Made by a program: the position numbers and the translations under genes
Source of the DNA: an uncultured Chloroflexia bacterium
Lineage (GTDB): Bacteria > Chloroflexota > Limnocylindria > Limnocylindrales > CSP1-4
DNA length: 64,000 nt
Assembly: GCA_963779905.1 (NCBI GenBank)
Contig: CAWAAF010000004.1
Span: forward strand, 43,473 to 107,472
Direction: 5' to 3'
Notes under the pieces: model-generated
What the model saw: only the letters and a program-made list of their open reading frames with translations
Told to the model about the DNA's origin: nothing
Database searches by the model: none
Part shown: in pieces, positions 47,558 to 59,334 of the stretch
Layout: the number at the start of each line of letters is the position of its first letter
Position numbering within the stretch: the stretch's first letter is position 1

Positions 47558-48763
47558 TGGACTTCATCTACGGCATCGCCAAGGCGATCACGCGCGTCAT
47601 CGCGCAGGTCCGCAAGGAACTGATCCAGGTACGCCGCCGGCCGGGGGCGTTCTTCAGCCTGGTACTCGGGCCTTTTCTGATCATGGCCCTCTTCGGGCTG
47701 GGCTTCACAGGCATCCGAAAACCGCTCGACGTCGCCCTGGTCCTGCCTTCAGACACGGAACTGCCGACCACTCAGGGCGACCTGCAGACCGTGCTGGGGC
47801 CGGCGGTCACCCTCGTGTCGGTCACGCAGGACCACGCGGCCGCCACTGCCGAGCTGGAACAGCTTCAGATCGACGCGGTGGTCACGATCCCGCCCAACGT
47901 CCAGCAGACATTTCGTTCGGGCAAGCAGGCCGAGATCACCGTCGAGATCAACCAGATCGACCCGGCCAACGCGGCATACGCCAACTTCATAGCCGGGACC
48001 CTCATCTCGACGAGGTCAACCAGGAGATCCTGAAGCGTGCCATCGCCGAAGGCGAGGAGTACGCCATCAGCCAGGGCGCCGCGCCTCCGGTCAACATTCC
48101 GCCCGAGGTGATTGCGGCACCGACCACGGCGAGGGTGGTCAACATCGCGCCGGTCGAGCCGAGCGTCATCGCCTTCTTTGGGCCGGCCGTGCTGGCGCTC
48201 GTGTTGCAGCACATGGCCGTCACGCTGACCGCCCTGAGCTTCGTCCGCGAGCGCCTGTCCGGGACGATGGACGTGTTTCGCGTCTCGCCTATCAACTCGC
48301 TCGAGCTGGTGCTCGGCAAGTACCTCGGTCTGGGCCTGGTCAGCGCGGTCATCGCCACAGTTACGACGCTGGCGCTGGTCTTCCTGTTGAAGGTGCCGTT
48401 GTTGGGCAGCCCATGGATGGTTCGCGCTGATCGTCTTCTTGCTCGTATTTGCCAGCCTCGGCGTTGGGCTGCTGATTTCGGTCGTGTCAGATTCGGAGCG
48501 GCAGGCCGTCCAACTGTCGCTGCTCATCCTCCTTGCGTCCGTCTTCTTCAGCGGCTTCGTGCTGCCGGTCCACGAGTTTGCGTGGTTCCTGCAGCTTGTC
48601 GCGTACGCTTTGCCGGTCACGCACGCCATCAGCCTGTTGCAGGACGAGATGCTGCGCGGCAACACCGTCGCCTGGTGGCAGATGGGGGTACTGGCCGGCA
48701 TCGGCCTGCGTGCTGCTGGTGCTGACGGCGGTCATGCTGCGACGGCAGCTGAGGCAGGCATAG
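47554..48763 (+). pseudogene. ABC-2-type permease with large extracytoplasmic loop, about three frameshifts
   Basis: The ATGA start overlaps the ATPase stop. It reads MDFIYGIAKAITRVIAQVRKELIQVRRRPGAFFSLVLGPFLIMALFGLGF, then a soluble loop, then TM bundles in ORFs 48108, 48439 and 48533 (...LLVLTAVMLRRQLRQA*). Confidence 0.7.
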
Positions 48764-48770
48764 GAAGGGC

Positions 48771-49509
48771 ATGACGATCAGCGAGGACACCGACAACTAT
48801 CCGATCGCGCCACCGCCGATCATCGCCACCCTGGTCGCAGACGGCCGCGGCGACCAGGCGTATGGCGTGCTCGCCGGCACGGCGCTGATCATCTGGGGCG
48901 TCGTCGGCATGGTCCTGCTGGCGCTCTTCTTCAACGGCTTGGCCGGGCCCATCGCCGACCTGAACAACATGGCAGCCAGCCTGGAGACGCAGCGCGCCGC
49001 GGCGGTGGCTGCCATCGACAAGGCCAAGAGCGACCATCGACCAGACCGCCACCGGCGTGCGCGGCATGGACACCAGCCTGGCCGATGCCAAGGCGGCCAC
49101 CGACCGGGCCTCGTCGATCGCGAATGACGTGAGTGCGACCATGGCGGATCTGGCCGACAAAATGCAGATCAACATCTTCGGCCTCCAACCGCTGGCAGGG
49201 TTGGCGCCCGGCTTCTCCAACGCGGCTACCCAACTCGGCGGGTTATCGACCGACCTCGCGACCATCGGCCAATCGCTCGACTCGAACGGCGAGGACGCTC
49301 AGGCCGTGGCGCAGAGCCTCGACGAGTTGAGCGCGTCGCTGGCCGATTTCAAGACGGCCGTCAACGCCGGCCCGCAGCTGGACGACGTGGCACGCTCGCT
49401 GGACAGCCTGCGCATCGGCATCCTCGCCCTGTTGGCCTGGCTGGGCGCGCTGGCGGTCGGCGCGATCGTGGCCGGCATCGGCTGCTTCGTGGTGGCGCGC
49501 GGCGAGTAG
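48771..49509 (+). pseudogene. Hypothetical bitopic membrane protein with central coiled-coil region, one slip near 49030
   Basis: An N-terminal TM helix (LAGTALIIWGVVGMVLLALFF) and a C-terminal TM helix (ILALLAWLGALAVGAIVAGIGCFVV) flank Ala/Asp/Ser-rich helical repeats (ORFs 48771 and 49057). I recognise no family. Confidence 0.45.
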
Positions 49510-49576
49510 GGACCAGACCTGCCGCGGAGCGGGCCTGATGCGTTCGTATTAGCGCTGGTCGAGGGCTATGACCAAA

Positions 49577-50435
49577 TCAGGCGGCTTTGCGTCGCCTGTC
49601 CCGGCGGGCTTGCGCGCCGCAGCCTTGCGCGCGGCCGGCTTGCGCGCCTTGCGCCTTACCGGAAGCGGACCGCGAAGCGTCGAGGCTGGCCTGCAGCGCC
49701 TCCATCAGGTCGGTGACCTTGGGCTCGGGCTTGCGTCGCTTGGCCGCCCGTTGCTCGCCTTTCGCCTTGCGTTCGATCAGTTCCTGCAGGGCGATGCGGT
49801 AGCGGTCCTCGTACTTGTCGGGCTCGAAGTGTGAGCTCAGGTTGTCGATCAGTTGTTGGGCCATCTCGACCTCGCGCGCGGTGACGCGTGCCTTGCCCTC
49901 GTCCAGCTCGAGCTCGGAAATCGAGCGGATCTCGTCGGGCCAGTACATGGTCTCGAGGGCCAGCGTCTCCTGGTAGACGCGCACGGTCGCCAATCGCTCC
50001 TTGTTGCGCAGCGCCACTCGCGCGACGGCAACCCTGGACGTTTCGGCAAGCGCCCGACGGAGCAGATGGAAGGGCTTGGCGCCGACCTCCGTCGGCTCCA
50101 GGTAGTAGCTCTTCTGGAAGTAGATCGGGTCGATCTCTTCGACCTCGACGAAATCGCCAATGTCGATGGTCTTGGTGACCTCGGGCGCGAGCCTCGTCGA
50201 TCTCGTCTGGGTCGACGATGACGACCTCGCCGTTGTCGCCCTCCACGCCGCGCGCGATGTCGTCCCACTCGACTTCCTTGTTCTCCGCGCTGCAAAAGCG
50301 CTTCTCGACGATGCGCGCGCCGTCGGTCTTGTGGACCAGGTGGAACGTAACGTCGCGCTCCTCGGTAGCGCTGTAGAGCTTGACCGGGATGGTGACCATG
50401 CCGAAGTTGATCGCGCCGGTCCAGATCGATCTCAT
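49577..50435 (-). pseudogene. ku: Ku (NHEJ DNA-end-binding protein) with basic C-terminal tail, one slip near 50190
   Basis: MRSIWTGAINFGMVTIPVKLYSATEERDVTFHLVH... is in ORF 49656..50519. ...RVALRNKERLATVRVYQETLALETMYWPDEIR... is in ORF 49577..50017. The Lys/Arg-rich tail is KGEQRAAKRRKPEPKV...RRDRRRKAA*. Confidence 0.88.
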
Positions 50436-50511
50436 GCCCGGCAGTATCAGCGTCGTCGATATCAGGCGCGCGGCAATGCCCGAGGTCTGGGCTGCAGTAC
50501 CCTGCCGAGCG

Positions 50512-51334
50512 ATGAGCACGCTGCCGCCGACCGCCGCGACCGATGTCGGCGATGGTGAAGTGCTGCCAGCCGACGACGCCCAGCTTCGCGCGCCCGACCT
50601 CGACCTGCCCAGGCTGGCGGCACGCTGGTCCCGCTACGCCGCCCGCTGGCCAATGACGGCCGAGCAAATGCGCGGCGCCGACGCGCGCGCCCAGCGATTT
50701 GGCGTTGCCAGCATCGACCTGATGGAGCAAGCCGGAGCGGCCGTCGCGGCGGCCGCACGTGCGACGTTGAACAGCGCCGAGCGGCCGGCCCGGTTCGATC
50801 GTGCTCGTGCTGGCCGGGCCGGGCAACAACGGCGGTGATGGCTTTGTCGCGGCGCGCCATCTGGCGACCGCTGGCATCAAGAGCGTCGTCGTGCTGGTCT
50901 CGCGCGACGACGAGCCGGGCACGCCAGACGCGCTGACCAACTGGACGCGCCTCGAGGGCCTGACCGGCGTCGAGCGAGTACACGCCGCAGCGCCGCGCGA
51001 CCTCACCGTACTGGCCAACGGCATCGAGCGGGCCGGACTGGTCATCGACGCGCTGCTGGGCACCGGCGTCCGCGGCGAGCTGCGCAGCCCCATCGGCGAG
51101 GCCGTCGAACTGACCCACCGTGCGCGCGCCGTCGGCGTGCCGGTGCTGGCCGTCGACACGCCGACGGCCGTCGACCTGACCAGCGGCGCGCCGTCGGAAC
51201 CTGTCGTCCGCGCCGACGTGACGATCACTTTCCACCGACCCAAGGAAGGGCTGCGCATCCAGCCGGGCAAGCTACTGGCAGGTCACGTGCTGGTCGCGCC
51301 CATCGGCATCCCGCCGGCCGCTGACCCGACATGA
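50512..51334 (+). pseudogene. NAD(P)H-hydrate epimerase (YjeF N-terminal domain protein), one slip near 50800
   Basis: MTAEQMRGADARAQRFGVASIDLMEQAGAAVA comes first. ORF 50801..51334 then gives VLAGPGNNGGDGFVAARHL...VIDALLGTGVRGELR...VLAVDTPT, typical of YjeF_N. No C-terminal dehydratase domain is attached. Confidence 0.75.
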
Positions 51335-51519
51335 GCCGCGAGCGTCAGGTCGTCATCATCCTCGCCTCTCATCGTCGTGGCGGTGATCGTCTTCGCCTAC
51401 ATCAGCGACGCCGTCGGGCCGCTGGGCGACGCCCTGCGCGGTGCACCGGTCGTCATCATCGGCCTGGTGGTGGTTACGGCGGCGGTGCTGTTCCTGACCC
51501 TCCGCCCTCGACGGGGCTA
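51331..51519 (+). pseudogene. Possible small two-TM membrane protein, one slip
   Basis: The ATGA start overlaps the preceding stop. After a slip the frame reads ...PLIVVAVIVFAYISDAVGPLGDALRGAPVVIIGLVVVTAAVLFLTLRPRRG*. It is supported only by hydrophobicity and translational coupling. Confidence 0.3.
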
Positions 51520-52134
51520 GTCGAGAACTCGATCTTTCTCTCCTCGCCGCGCATCAACCGGCCGATGTTGTCGCGGTGCGCGTACCAGACGATGGCCACG
51601 CCGCCCGCCGCGAAGATGAGGTCGGCGGGTGGGTTGAAGCCCGAGCGCGACGAACGGTATGAGCAGCGCCGCGCCGAAGGCGGAGCCGACCAGCGAGCCC
51701 AGCGAGACGTAGCGCGTCACGGCGATCACACCGAAGAAGACCGGTGCGCCGAGCAGGATCACCAACGGCTGGATGATGGCCATCGCGCCGATGCCGGTGG
51801 CCACACCGCGCCCGCCATGGAAGCCCAGAAAGACCGACTTCCACGCGCCCAGGATGGCGGCGACACCGGCCAGCGCGCGCACAGTTGGTGAGCCGCCCAG
51901 CTCGGTCGCGATGAGCACGGGCAGCGCACCTTTCGCGATGTCGAGAAGTCCGACCAGGATGCCGCGCCACAGGCCCATCGCCCGCCACGCGTTCGTGCCG
52001 CCGGTCCGGCCGGAACCGACCGTCCGCGGATCGCGCGCGCCGGTGAGGCGGGCAACGATGACGCCCATCGGCAATGAGCCGGCCAGGTAGGCGCCCAGGA
52101 CGAGGGCGGCGTCGAACCAGTTCTGTCCGGACAC
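51474..52134 (-). pseudogene. plsY: Glycerol-3-phosphate acyltransferase PlsY, one slip near the 3' end
   Basis: The sequence reads LVLGAYLAGSLPMGVIVARL...DPRTVGSGRTGGTNAWRAMG...GFHGGRGVATGIGAM, which gives the PlsY motif pattern (GSGN.GATN-like and GG(K/R)GVAT). The C-terminal ...YAHRDNIGRLMRGEERKI is in another frame. The 3' end is uncertain. Confidence 0.8.
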
Positions 52135-52161
52135 GGGCGGAGTATCCCCGGCCGCGTGGGT

Positions 52162-52936
52162 CTAGGCCGTCGCCCCTTCGTTTGGCTTACCGATCAGGCG
52201 CGCGAGCAAGATCGCCCAGACCGGCACCAGGATGCCCGCCGCGATGGCGGTCAGGATGTCAGACAGCTGGAACGGATCGAATGGCTCGATGAAGACGAAG
52301 GCCGCGACGAGACGCAGCGCGGTCGCGAACAGCAGCAGGATGCGCGATCGCGTACGAAACGAATCGCCAGGCCGGGCTGAAGTTGAGCAGGCGGCCGGCG
52401 AGCGGCGGTTCCGACGCCGACCAGCGTGACCGCGCCGATCGACAGCCAGTTGACGGCGATCCGGCCGACGGTGAGCGCGTAGTCCTGCGCGATCACCTCT
52501 TCGGTCTTGTAGCCGCAGTCGCAGTAGCCGAAGGTGGCTGCGTTGGCTTGACCGCGATATTCAGCAGGTTGGCGGTGATACCGAGCACGCCGCCGACGAC
52601 GAAGAGCAGCACCAGCGCATCACGCGCGGTCGAATCGGGCGCCCATCTGCGCAGCGACGTAGCCAAGATGGGCCGCCACGAGGAACACCCCAATGGCGGC
52701 CAGCGACTGCACGACCATGACCGGGAAGATTCGGCTGTCGTCGGCGCGGAAGGCGATGCAGCCGGTCGACGAGGTCCGTGCACTCGTCGGTCGGTGGCGG
52801 CGCGCCGATGTTCAGCGCAAAGCCCAGCGTGATCACGGCATTGACGATTGCCAGGATGGCCAGTGCCCAGCGCCAGCCAGCGGATCGTCCGAACGGACGT
52901 CGCCACCGTGCGCACCTCCTCGCCCCTCGGCTGCAA
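52162..52936 (-). pseudogene. Hypothetical polytopic membrane protein, about three frameshifts
   Basis: Hydrophobic segments are spread over three minus frames: WALAILAIVNAVITLGFALNIG, VMVVQSLAAIGVFLVAAHLGYV (my translation), LVLLFVVGGVLGITANLLNI, LTVGRIAVNWLSIGAVTLV and LTAIAAGILVPVWAILLARLIGKPNEGATA*. I recognise no family. Confidence 0.35.
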
Positions 52937-52984
52937 GCGCCGCCCAGCGCGGGACCGCAGCGCCCGACAGTGTAGGCTGGCCGC

Positions 52985-54423
52985 GTGGCAGTCGGGTCAT
53001 CCAATTCGCTTCGACCTCGTCGTGATCGGCGGAGGCACCGGCGGCTACGCAGCAGCCTTTCGTGGCGGGCAGCTCGGCCTCAAGGTCGCTCTCGTCGACG
53101 AACAGCCACGCTTGGGCGGCACGTGCCTGCTGGTCGGCTGCATCCCGACCAAGGCGATGCTCGAGTCGGCCGAGTTCTACAACCGCGTCAATCACGCCGC
53201 CGATCTTGGCGTAAAGCTCGAGAACGCCAGCTTCGATTACCCGACGGTCGCCAAGCGACGCGACCAGATCGTCGACCGGCTGACACGCGGCGTGGCCAGC
53301 CTGGCCAAGAAGAACAAGGTCGAGTGGATCCGCGGACGGGCGACGCTGCAGGGCGGCAAGAAGGTGCGCGTGGCGACCTTCGGCGAGGACGGCAAGCCCG
53401 ACGGCGAGCGCGTGCTGGACGCCAACGACGTGATCCTGGCCTCGGGCAGCGCGCGTCAAGCGCTGCCCGGCCTGGTGCCGGACGGCGAGCGGATCATCAC
53501 CAGCGACGAGGCGACCACCGGCGCGACGATGCCCAAGTCGATGATCGTCGTCGGCGCGGGCGCGGTGGGCGTCGAGTTCGCCAGCTTCTACCACGACGCG
53601 GGCGTGGAGGTGACCTTGCTCGAGTACCTGCCCACGGTCGTGCCGCTCGAAGACGCGGAAGTGTCCAAGGAGCTCGGAGCGCAGCTTCAACCGGCGCGGC
53701 ATCAAGGTCATCACCAGCGCGCGCTTCGATCCGGCGTCGGTCACGGCCGATGAGAAGGGCGTCTGCCTGATGGTCGGCAAGGAGGGCGAGGCACCGGCCG
53801 AGCTGCGCGCCGAGCAGATGCTGGTGGCAACCGGTCGCGCGCCCAACTCGGACAACGTCGGTCTCGACAGCACGCGCGCCAAGGTCGAGAAGGGCTTCGT
53901 GCAGGTCGACGGGCGCATGCGCACCGCCGAGCCGCACCTGTATGCCGTGGGCGATCTGATCGGTGGCCTGCTGCTGGCGCACGTCGCCGACGCACGAAGG
54001 CATCGCCGCCGTCCACAACATCGCCGGCGCCGAGATCGAGAAGGTCGACTACCTCAAGATGCCGCGCGCGACCTACTCACGGCCGCAGATCGCGTCGATC
54101 GGCCGGACCGAGGCCGAGTGCACACGGGACGGCCTCGAATACCGCACCGGCAAGTTCCCGTTCCAGGCGTCGGGCAAGGCGCTCATCGGCGGCGAGTACG
54201 AGGGCTTCGTCAAGGTCATCGCCGACAAGAAGACTGACGAGGTGCTGGGCGTGCACATGGTCGGCCCTCACGTAACCGACCTGATCAGCCGAGGCTTCGA
54301 CGGCCATGCTGCTGGAAGCGACCGCGTGGGAAATCGGGGCCGCGGTCCACCCGCATCCGACGCTTTCAGAGGCCGCTTGGCGAAGCGGCGCTGGCGGTCG
54401 ACGGCAAGTCGATCAACTTCTAG
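52985..54423 (+). pseudogene. lpd: Dihydrolipoyl dehydrogenase (E3), about five frameshifts
   Basis: FAD and redox-centre motifs are present: FDLVVIGGGTGGYAAA...GGTCLLVGCIPTKAML. The NAD site is MIVVGAGAVGVEFAS. The C-terminal interface carries HPHPTLSEA. It ends ...AVDGKSINF* with TAG at 54421-54423. Confidence 0.88.
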
Positions 54424-54432
54424 GGAGAGACG

Positions 54433-55522
54433 ATGGCGACCAAGACGCCGCGAGAAGACCAGCGAGTTGGGGGCCGACCTCGGGCTGATCGCGCGACGAC
54501 CTGCTGGAGATGTACCGGCTGATGGTGGTCGCGCGCGCCGTCGACGAGCGCATGTGGGTGCTCAACCGGGCCGGCAAGATCCCGTTCGTCATCAGCGGCC
54601 AGGGCCACGAGGGCGCGCAGGTCGGCATCGCGCTACCCGCTGCGCAAGGGCTTCGACTGGATGGTGCCGTACTACCGGTCGGTGACGTCGCTGATCACCT
54701 TCGGCATGAGCCCGCGCGAGATCATGCTCGCCCAGTTCGCGCGCGGCGTCGACCCGTCGTCCGGCGGCCGCCAGATGCCCGGCCACTACGGCATCAAGGA
54801 GCGCAACATCCTGTCGGTCTCGTCGCCGGTCGCGACGCAGCTGCTGCACGCGACGGGCATCGCCTATGCCGCCAAGATTCGCAAGACCGAGCAGGTGACG
54901 ATCACCTACATCGGCGAGGGCTCGTCCAACCAGGGCGACTTCCACGAGGGCCTCAACTTCGCCGGCATCCACCGGCTGCCGGTCGTGTACGTCGTCGAGA
55001 ACAACGGCTGGGCGATCAGCGTGCCGATGTCGCTGCAGTCGGCGGTGCCGGACATCGCCATCCGCGGCGCCGGCTACAACATGCCCGGCATCGTCGTCGA
55101 CGGCGCCGACGTGCTCGAGTGCTACCGCGTGGGCAAGGAAGCGATCGATCGCGCGCGGGCGGGCGAGGGGCCGACGCTGATCGAGGCGAAGGTGACGCGC
55201 CTGACCGCGCACTCGTCGGATGACCAGCAGACGCAAGTACCGGCCGGCCGAGGAGATGGAGTCGGAGAAGGGGCGCGACCCGCTGCCGCTCTTCCGCGAG
55301 CAGCTCGTCGCGGCGGGCATGCTCGACGACGAGACCGACGGGCGGATCGTGGCCGAGTCGCGCAAGGTGGTCGAGGACGCCACCGACTGGGCCGAGGAGC
55401 AGACCGATCCAGACCCGGCGACGGCGCAGCAGTTCGTCTACGGCGACGCCCCACCGGCGCGGATGGACGACCCGTTCTGGAAGTCGGCGCGCTTCATGGG
55501 CGACGGGGGACCCCTTCGATGA
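54433..55522 (+). pseudogene. 2-oxoacid (pyruvate/branched-chain) dehydrogenase E1 alpha subunit, about four frameshifts
   Basis: GGGAGAG precedes ATG 54433. Blocks read LEMYRLMVVARAVDERM and the TPP region TYIGEGSSNQGDFHEGLNFAGIHRLPVVYVVENNGWAIS. Also present is GPTLIEAKVTRLTAHSSDD. The stop overlaps the E1 beta start (ATGA at 55519-55522). Confidence 0.85.
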
Positions 55523-56501
55523 CCGTCCAGACGTACATCGAGGCCGTTCGCTCGACGCTGGCCGAGGAGATGCGGCGCGACGACTCGATCGTCGTGCTGG
55601 GCGAGGACGTGGGCAAGAAGGGCGGCGTCTTCCTCGCCACTGACGGCCTGTACGACGAGTTCGGCGGCGACCGCGTGCTGGACACGCCGTTGAGCGAGTC
55701 AATGATCGTCGGCGCCTCGATCGGCATGGCCCTCAACGGCCTGCGGCCGGTGCCGGAGATCCAGTTCGCCGACTTCATCTTTCCGGCCTTCAACCAGATC
55801 CTGTCCGAGATGGCACGCATGCGCTTCCGCTCGAACGGCGCCTTCAACCTGCCGATGACGGTTCGCGCGCCCTACGGCGGCGGCGTTCACGGTGCGCTGT
55901 ACCACTCGCAGTCGGTCGAGGCCTACTTCACCCACATGCCCGGCCTGAAGGTGGTCATTCCGTCGACGCCATACGACGTGCGCGGGCTGCTGCGCTCGTC
56001 CATTCGCGACGAAGACCCGGTGCTCTTCTTCGAGCACAAGAAGATGTACCGCTCGGTGCGCGGCGACGTGCCGGACTCGGACTACACCGTGCCGATCGGT
56101 TCGGCCAAGGTCACCCGCGAGGGTTCTGACGTGACGGTCATTGCCTATGGCCTGATGGCTCCTATGCGCTGGAGGCGGCGGAGCTGCTCGAAGGGGAGGG
56201 CACCTCGGTCGAGGTCGTCGATGTGCGCACACTGCGGCCACTGGACGGCGAGACGTTGCTGAAGAGCGTGGCCAAGACCGGCAAGGTCGTCATCGCCTAC
56301 GAGGACAACCGCTTCGGCGGCTATGGCGCGGAGATCGCCGCGATCATCGCCGAGGAAGGCTTCGATTACCTCGACGGACCGGTCATGCGCGTGACCGGAC
56401 CGGACGTGCCGGGCGTGCCCTACAACCACGTGCTCGAAGACTGGTTCATGCCCAGCCCGGATCGCATCGCCGACGCGGTGAGGCGGCTCGCAGCGTACTG
56501 A
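55519..56501 (+). pseudogene. 2-oxoacid dehydrogenase E1 beta subunit, one slip near 56160
   Basis: Blocks read MTVQTYIEAVRSTLAEEMRRDDSIVVLGEDVG...DTPLSESMIVGASIGMALNGLRPVPEIQFADF. Further blocks are GLKVVIPSTPYDVRGLL and ...VVDVRTLRPLD...GGYGAEIAAIIAE (ORFs 54661 and 56223). Confidence 0.88.
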
Positions 56502-56512
56502 AATCGCTGGTG

Positions 56513-59226
56513 TCAGGCAGCGCTGGCGGCCAGTTCCATCACGAATTCGACCACCTCATCGATGCCCATCGCCGCGCCGCGGTCGCGCGCCTCCTGGTAG
56601 GCCTCGGCGCTGACGGCCGCCGCCACTTGGCTCAGCGGGTCACGAGCCTCTTGGGCTTGCTGCAGGTTCAACGGCATCCGGACGCCATAGCGCCGGGACA
56701 GGCTTTCGTATGCGCCGAGGACCGTCGCCGCTTCCGATGGGCGGCCGAGATGAAACATTGCCATGGCGATGCTCGGCAGGCCGGCCGTCAGCGCCGGCAG
56801 GTTGCCAGCCACGCTTGCGACCGACAAGGCCTCGACAAGCCAACGCACGGCGCCGGCCGGATCGCCAAGGTCGAAGCTCAAGGCACTCAAGGTGCCGGCC
56901 GCCAGCGTCAGGTATGAGTAATCGCCTAGGGCCCGGTATTGCGGGACGGCCTCCTCGAGGATTGCCACTGCCTCGCGGCGCCGACCACCCTGCGTCAGCC
57001 GCGTCGCACGCGCCCAGTCGGCGCGGGCCTTCGCCTGATCCTCGCCAAGTGCCGCGTATTCGGGGACGACTGCGTCGATCTGCGCCAGCGCCGGTTGCCA
57101 GTCAGTAGGCGAGTACTCGGTAAACGACAGGTTGTACGTGGCATCGGCGATTCCCTTGCGGTCGCCCAAGACTCGAGCAAGCTCCAGTTGGGCGATGGTA
57201 CATCTGGCGCGGCCGAACCGGATCGCCGGCGTAATAGAACAGGTTTCCGGCGGCCTCGAGGGCGCGCATGCGCCAGACGGTTGGGGCGTCGGCGCCCGGG
57301 TAGCGCAAGGATCTGCTGCGAGCGTCGCAGATCCCTCCTGGATCTCGCCGGTCAACCCCCAAAACCGCGAAAGCGCGCGGCCGAGTCGCAGGCCTGACCT
57401 CGACGCTGCCGGTTGCAATCGCCCACTGCAGCGCAGATCGCAGGTTGTCCCGTTCCTCCTGTAGGCGGGCAAGGGCGATGCCGGCATCGCGCGTATCGAG
57501 CGCTGGGCCGCGCTCGTTCGGCAAGGGCGAGGTACGCCAGCGCGTGGCGCTGCTTGAGCCCGTCGCGCGCGGCGTCCTGCGTTGAGCCGCCGGCTGGCGT
57601 CCTGGCGCACGGTTTCGAGCATGCCGAAGCGCACCCCGTCGTTACGCATCCTCGTCGTTACGAGACTCTGCTCGGCAAGACTCGCGACGACGTCGGCGAC
57701 GCGGCCTTCGAGCTCCGTGCCTGGGCCGCATACCTCCTCGGCTTGCTCGATGCGCCAGCCGTCGACAAAGACGGCGAGCCGGGCGAAGAGCGTCTGTCCT
57801 GCCGCGTCGAGCAGATCGTGGCTCCAGCCGATGGTGCTCCTCCAGGGTTCGCTGGCGTGACCGGGGCGTCGCGTGCGACCGCGCCGCCCAGACCCAGTTG
57901 GCGCGCCAGTCGGTCGCGGATGCCAGCTGCCCCGAGCAGCGGGATGCGTGCTGCAGCCAGCTCGATGGCCAGCGGCAGGCCGTCGAGACGCTGGCAGATC
58001 TCGAGCGATGACCGCGGCGTTTCCGGCGGTCAAGGTGAAGTCGGGCTGGACCCGTTTCGCGCGCTCGACGAACAATTGAACCGATGGGCATCGCGGCTAG
58101 CTGCGCCAGATCGCCGTCGCCGGCGGCATGGCGCACGTCAAGTGGGCTCGACCGGATACAGCTGCTCCGCGCTCAACCGCAACGGGGCTCGACTGGTGAC
58201 AATCGCTTTCACGCCCGCGTGCCGCCGCGAGCAGTCTGGGCAATCAGCGGCGCGGCTTCGAGCACCTGCTCGAAGTTGTCCAGGACAAGGAGCAGCTTCC
58301 TGCCCGGCAGGTTGTCAAGCAGCCGTTCGCGGGCCGGGCGGCCGGTGACGTCGCGCAGCCCAAGGCCGGCCACGATCGCCGAACCGACCAGCCGAGGGTC
58401 GGCGACCGCGTCGAGCGGGACGAACCAGGCGCCGTCGTTGAACTGCGCCGCCAACGCGCCGTGCCACCTCGGTGGCGAGCGAGGTCTTGCCCGTACGCCA
58501 CCCGGCCCGGTGAGCGTGACCAGTGCGTTGTCGCGGACGAGCTCCGCGACCTGCGCCACCTCTCGATCGCGGCCCAGCGAAGCTCGACGTTCGAGCCGGG
58601 CAGATTGGTCATCGACGCATCGAGCGAACGGATGGCCGGGAAGTCGGAGGGCAAACCATCGATCGTGAGCTGATAGATGTGTTCGCGCTCAGGCAGGCCC
58701 TTCAGCCGGTGGCGCCCGACGTCGAGCACCCCCGACGCCATCAGGTAGCGATGCGCCTGTCAGGGCTCGCGTTGCCTCGCTGAGCAGTACCTGGCCGCCG
58801 TGGGCGGCCGCAGCGATCCGAGCGGCGCGGTTGACGTCGAGGCCGATGTAGTCGTCGCCGCCGGGCACGCCCTGCGCCGGTGTGGACTGCCCATGCGGAC
58901 ACGGACGGCAACGCCAGGCCGGCCATGTCTTGCGCGGCGATCGATCGCTGTGCCTCGACGGCCGCCGCCACGGCCGACGGGGCGTCGACGAAACACGACG
59001 AAGAACGAGTCACCCTCAGTGCCCCGTTCGATACCCGCCGTGCCGGGCGAACGCATCGCGCAGACAGACGCTGGTGCAGCTCAAGGACCTCGCGATAGCC
59101 AGATGGCCCGAGTGCGACGGCGAGCTCAGTCGAACCCTCGATGTCACTGAACAGGAAGGTGATCGTGCCGGTCGGCCGGTTGGAGCTCGTCCAAGGCCTC
59201 AGCGGCCTCCTACGCCCAAGGGACAC
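56513..59226 (-). pseudogene. Class III adenylate/guanylate cyclase - STAND (NB-ARC-like) ATPase - TPR multidomain protein, about ten frameshifts
   Basis: The cyclase part reads TGTITFLFSDIEGSTEL...EGDSFFVVF...GDDYIGLDVNRAARIAAAAHGGQVLLSE (last part my translation) and ...HRLKGLPEREHIYQL. The P-loop TLTGPGG..GKTSLA can be rebuilt across a slip near 58495. The Walker B-like block is LLLVLDNFEQV. The C-terminal half is a long TPR-like helical region down to 56513. I see no HTH. Confidence 0.75.
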
Positions 59227-59334
59227 CCGACCGCGCCACGCCCTTCGGCATTGGACGCTTCTCGGGCGATTAGGCGACACTACGCCGAGACCGGCAAGCG
59301 CGCCGTGCCTAGGATCTCGACGGAGACGCGTTAG

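Noticed and set aside
56513-59226. The cyclase-STAND-TPR protein as an antiviral STAND (Avs-like) defence gene.
   Set aside because: I see no nuclease, protease, TIR or other effector domain, no neighbouring defence or mobile genes, and an N-terminal class III cyclase. The architecture matches the common actinobacterial regulatory cyclase-ATPase family instead.
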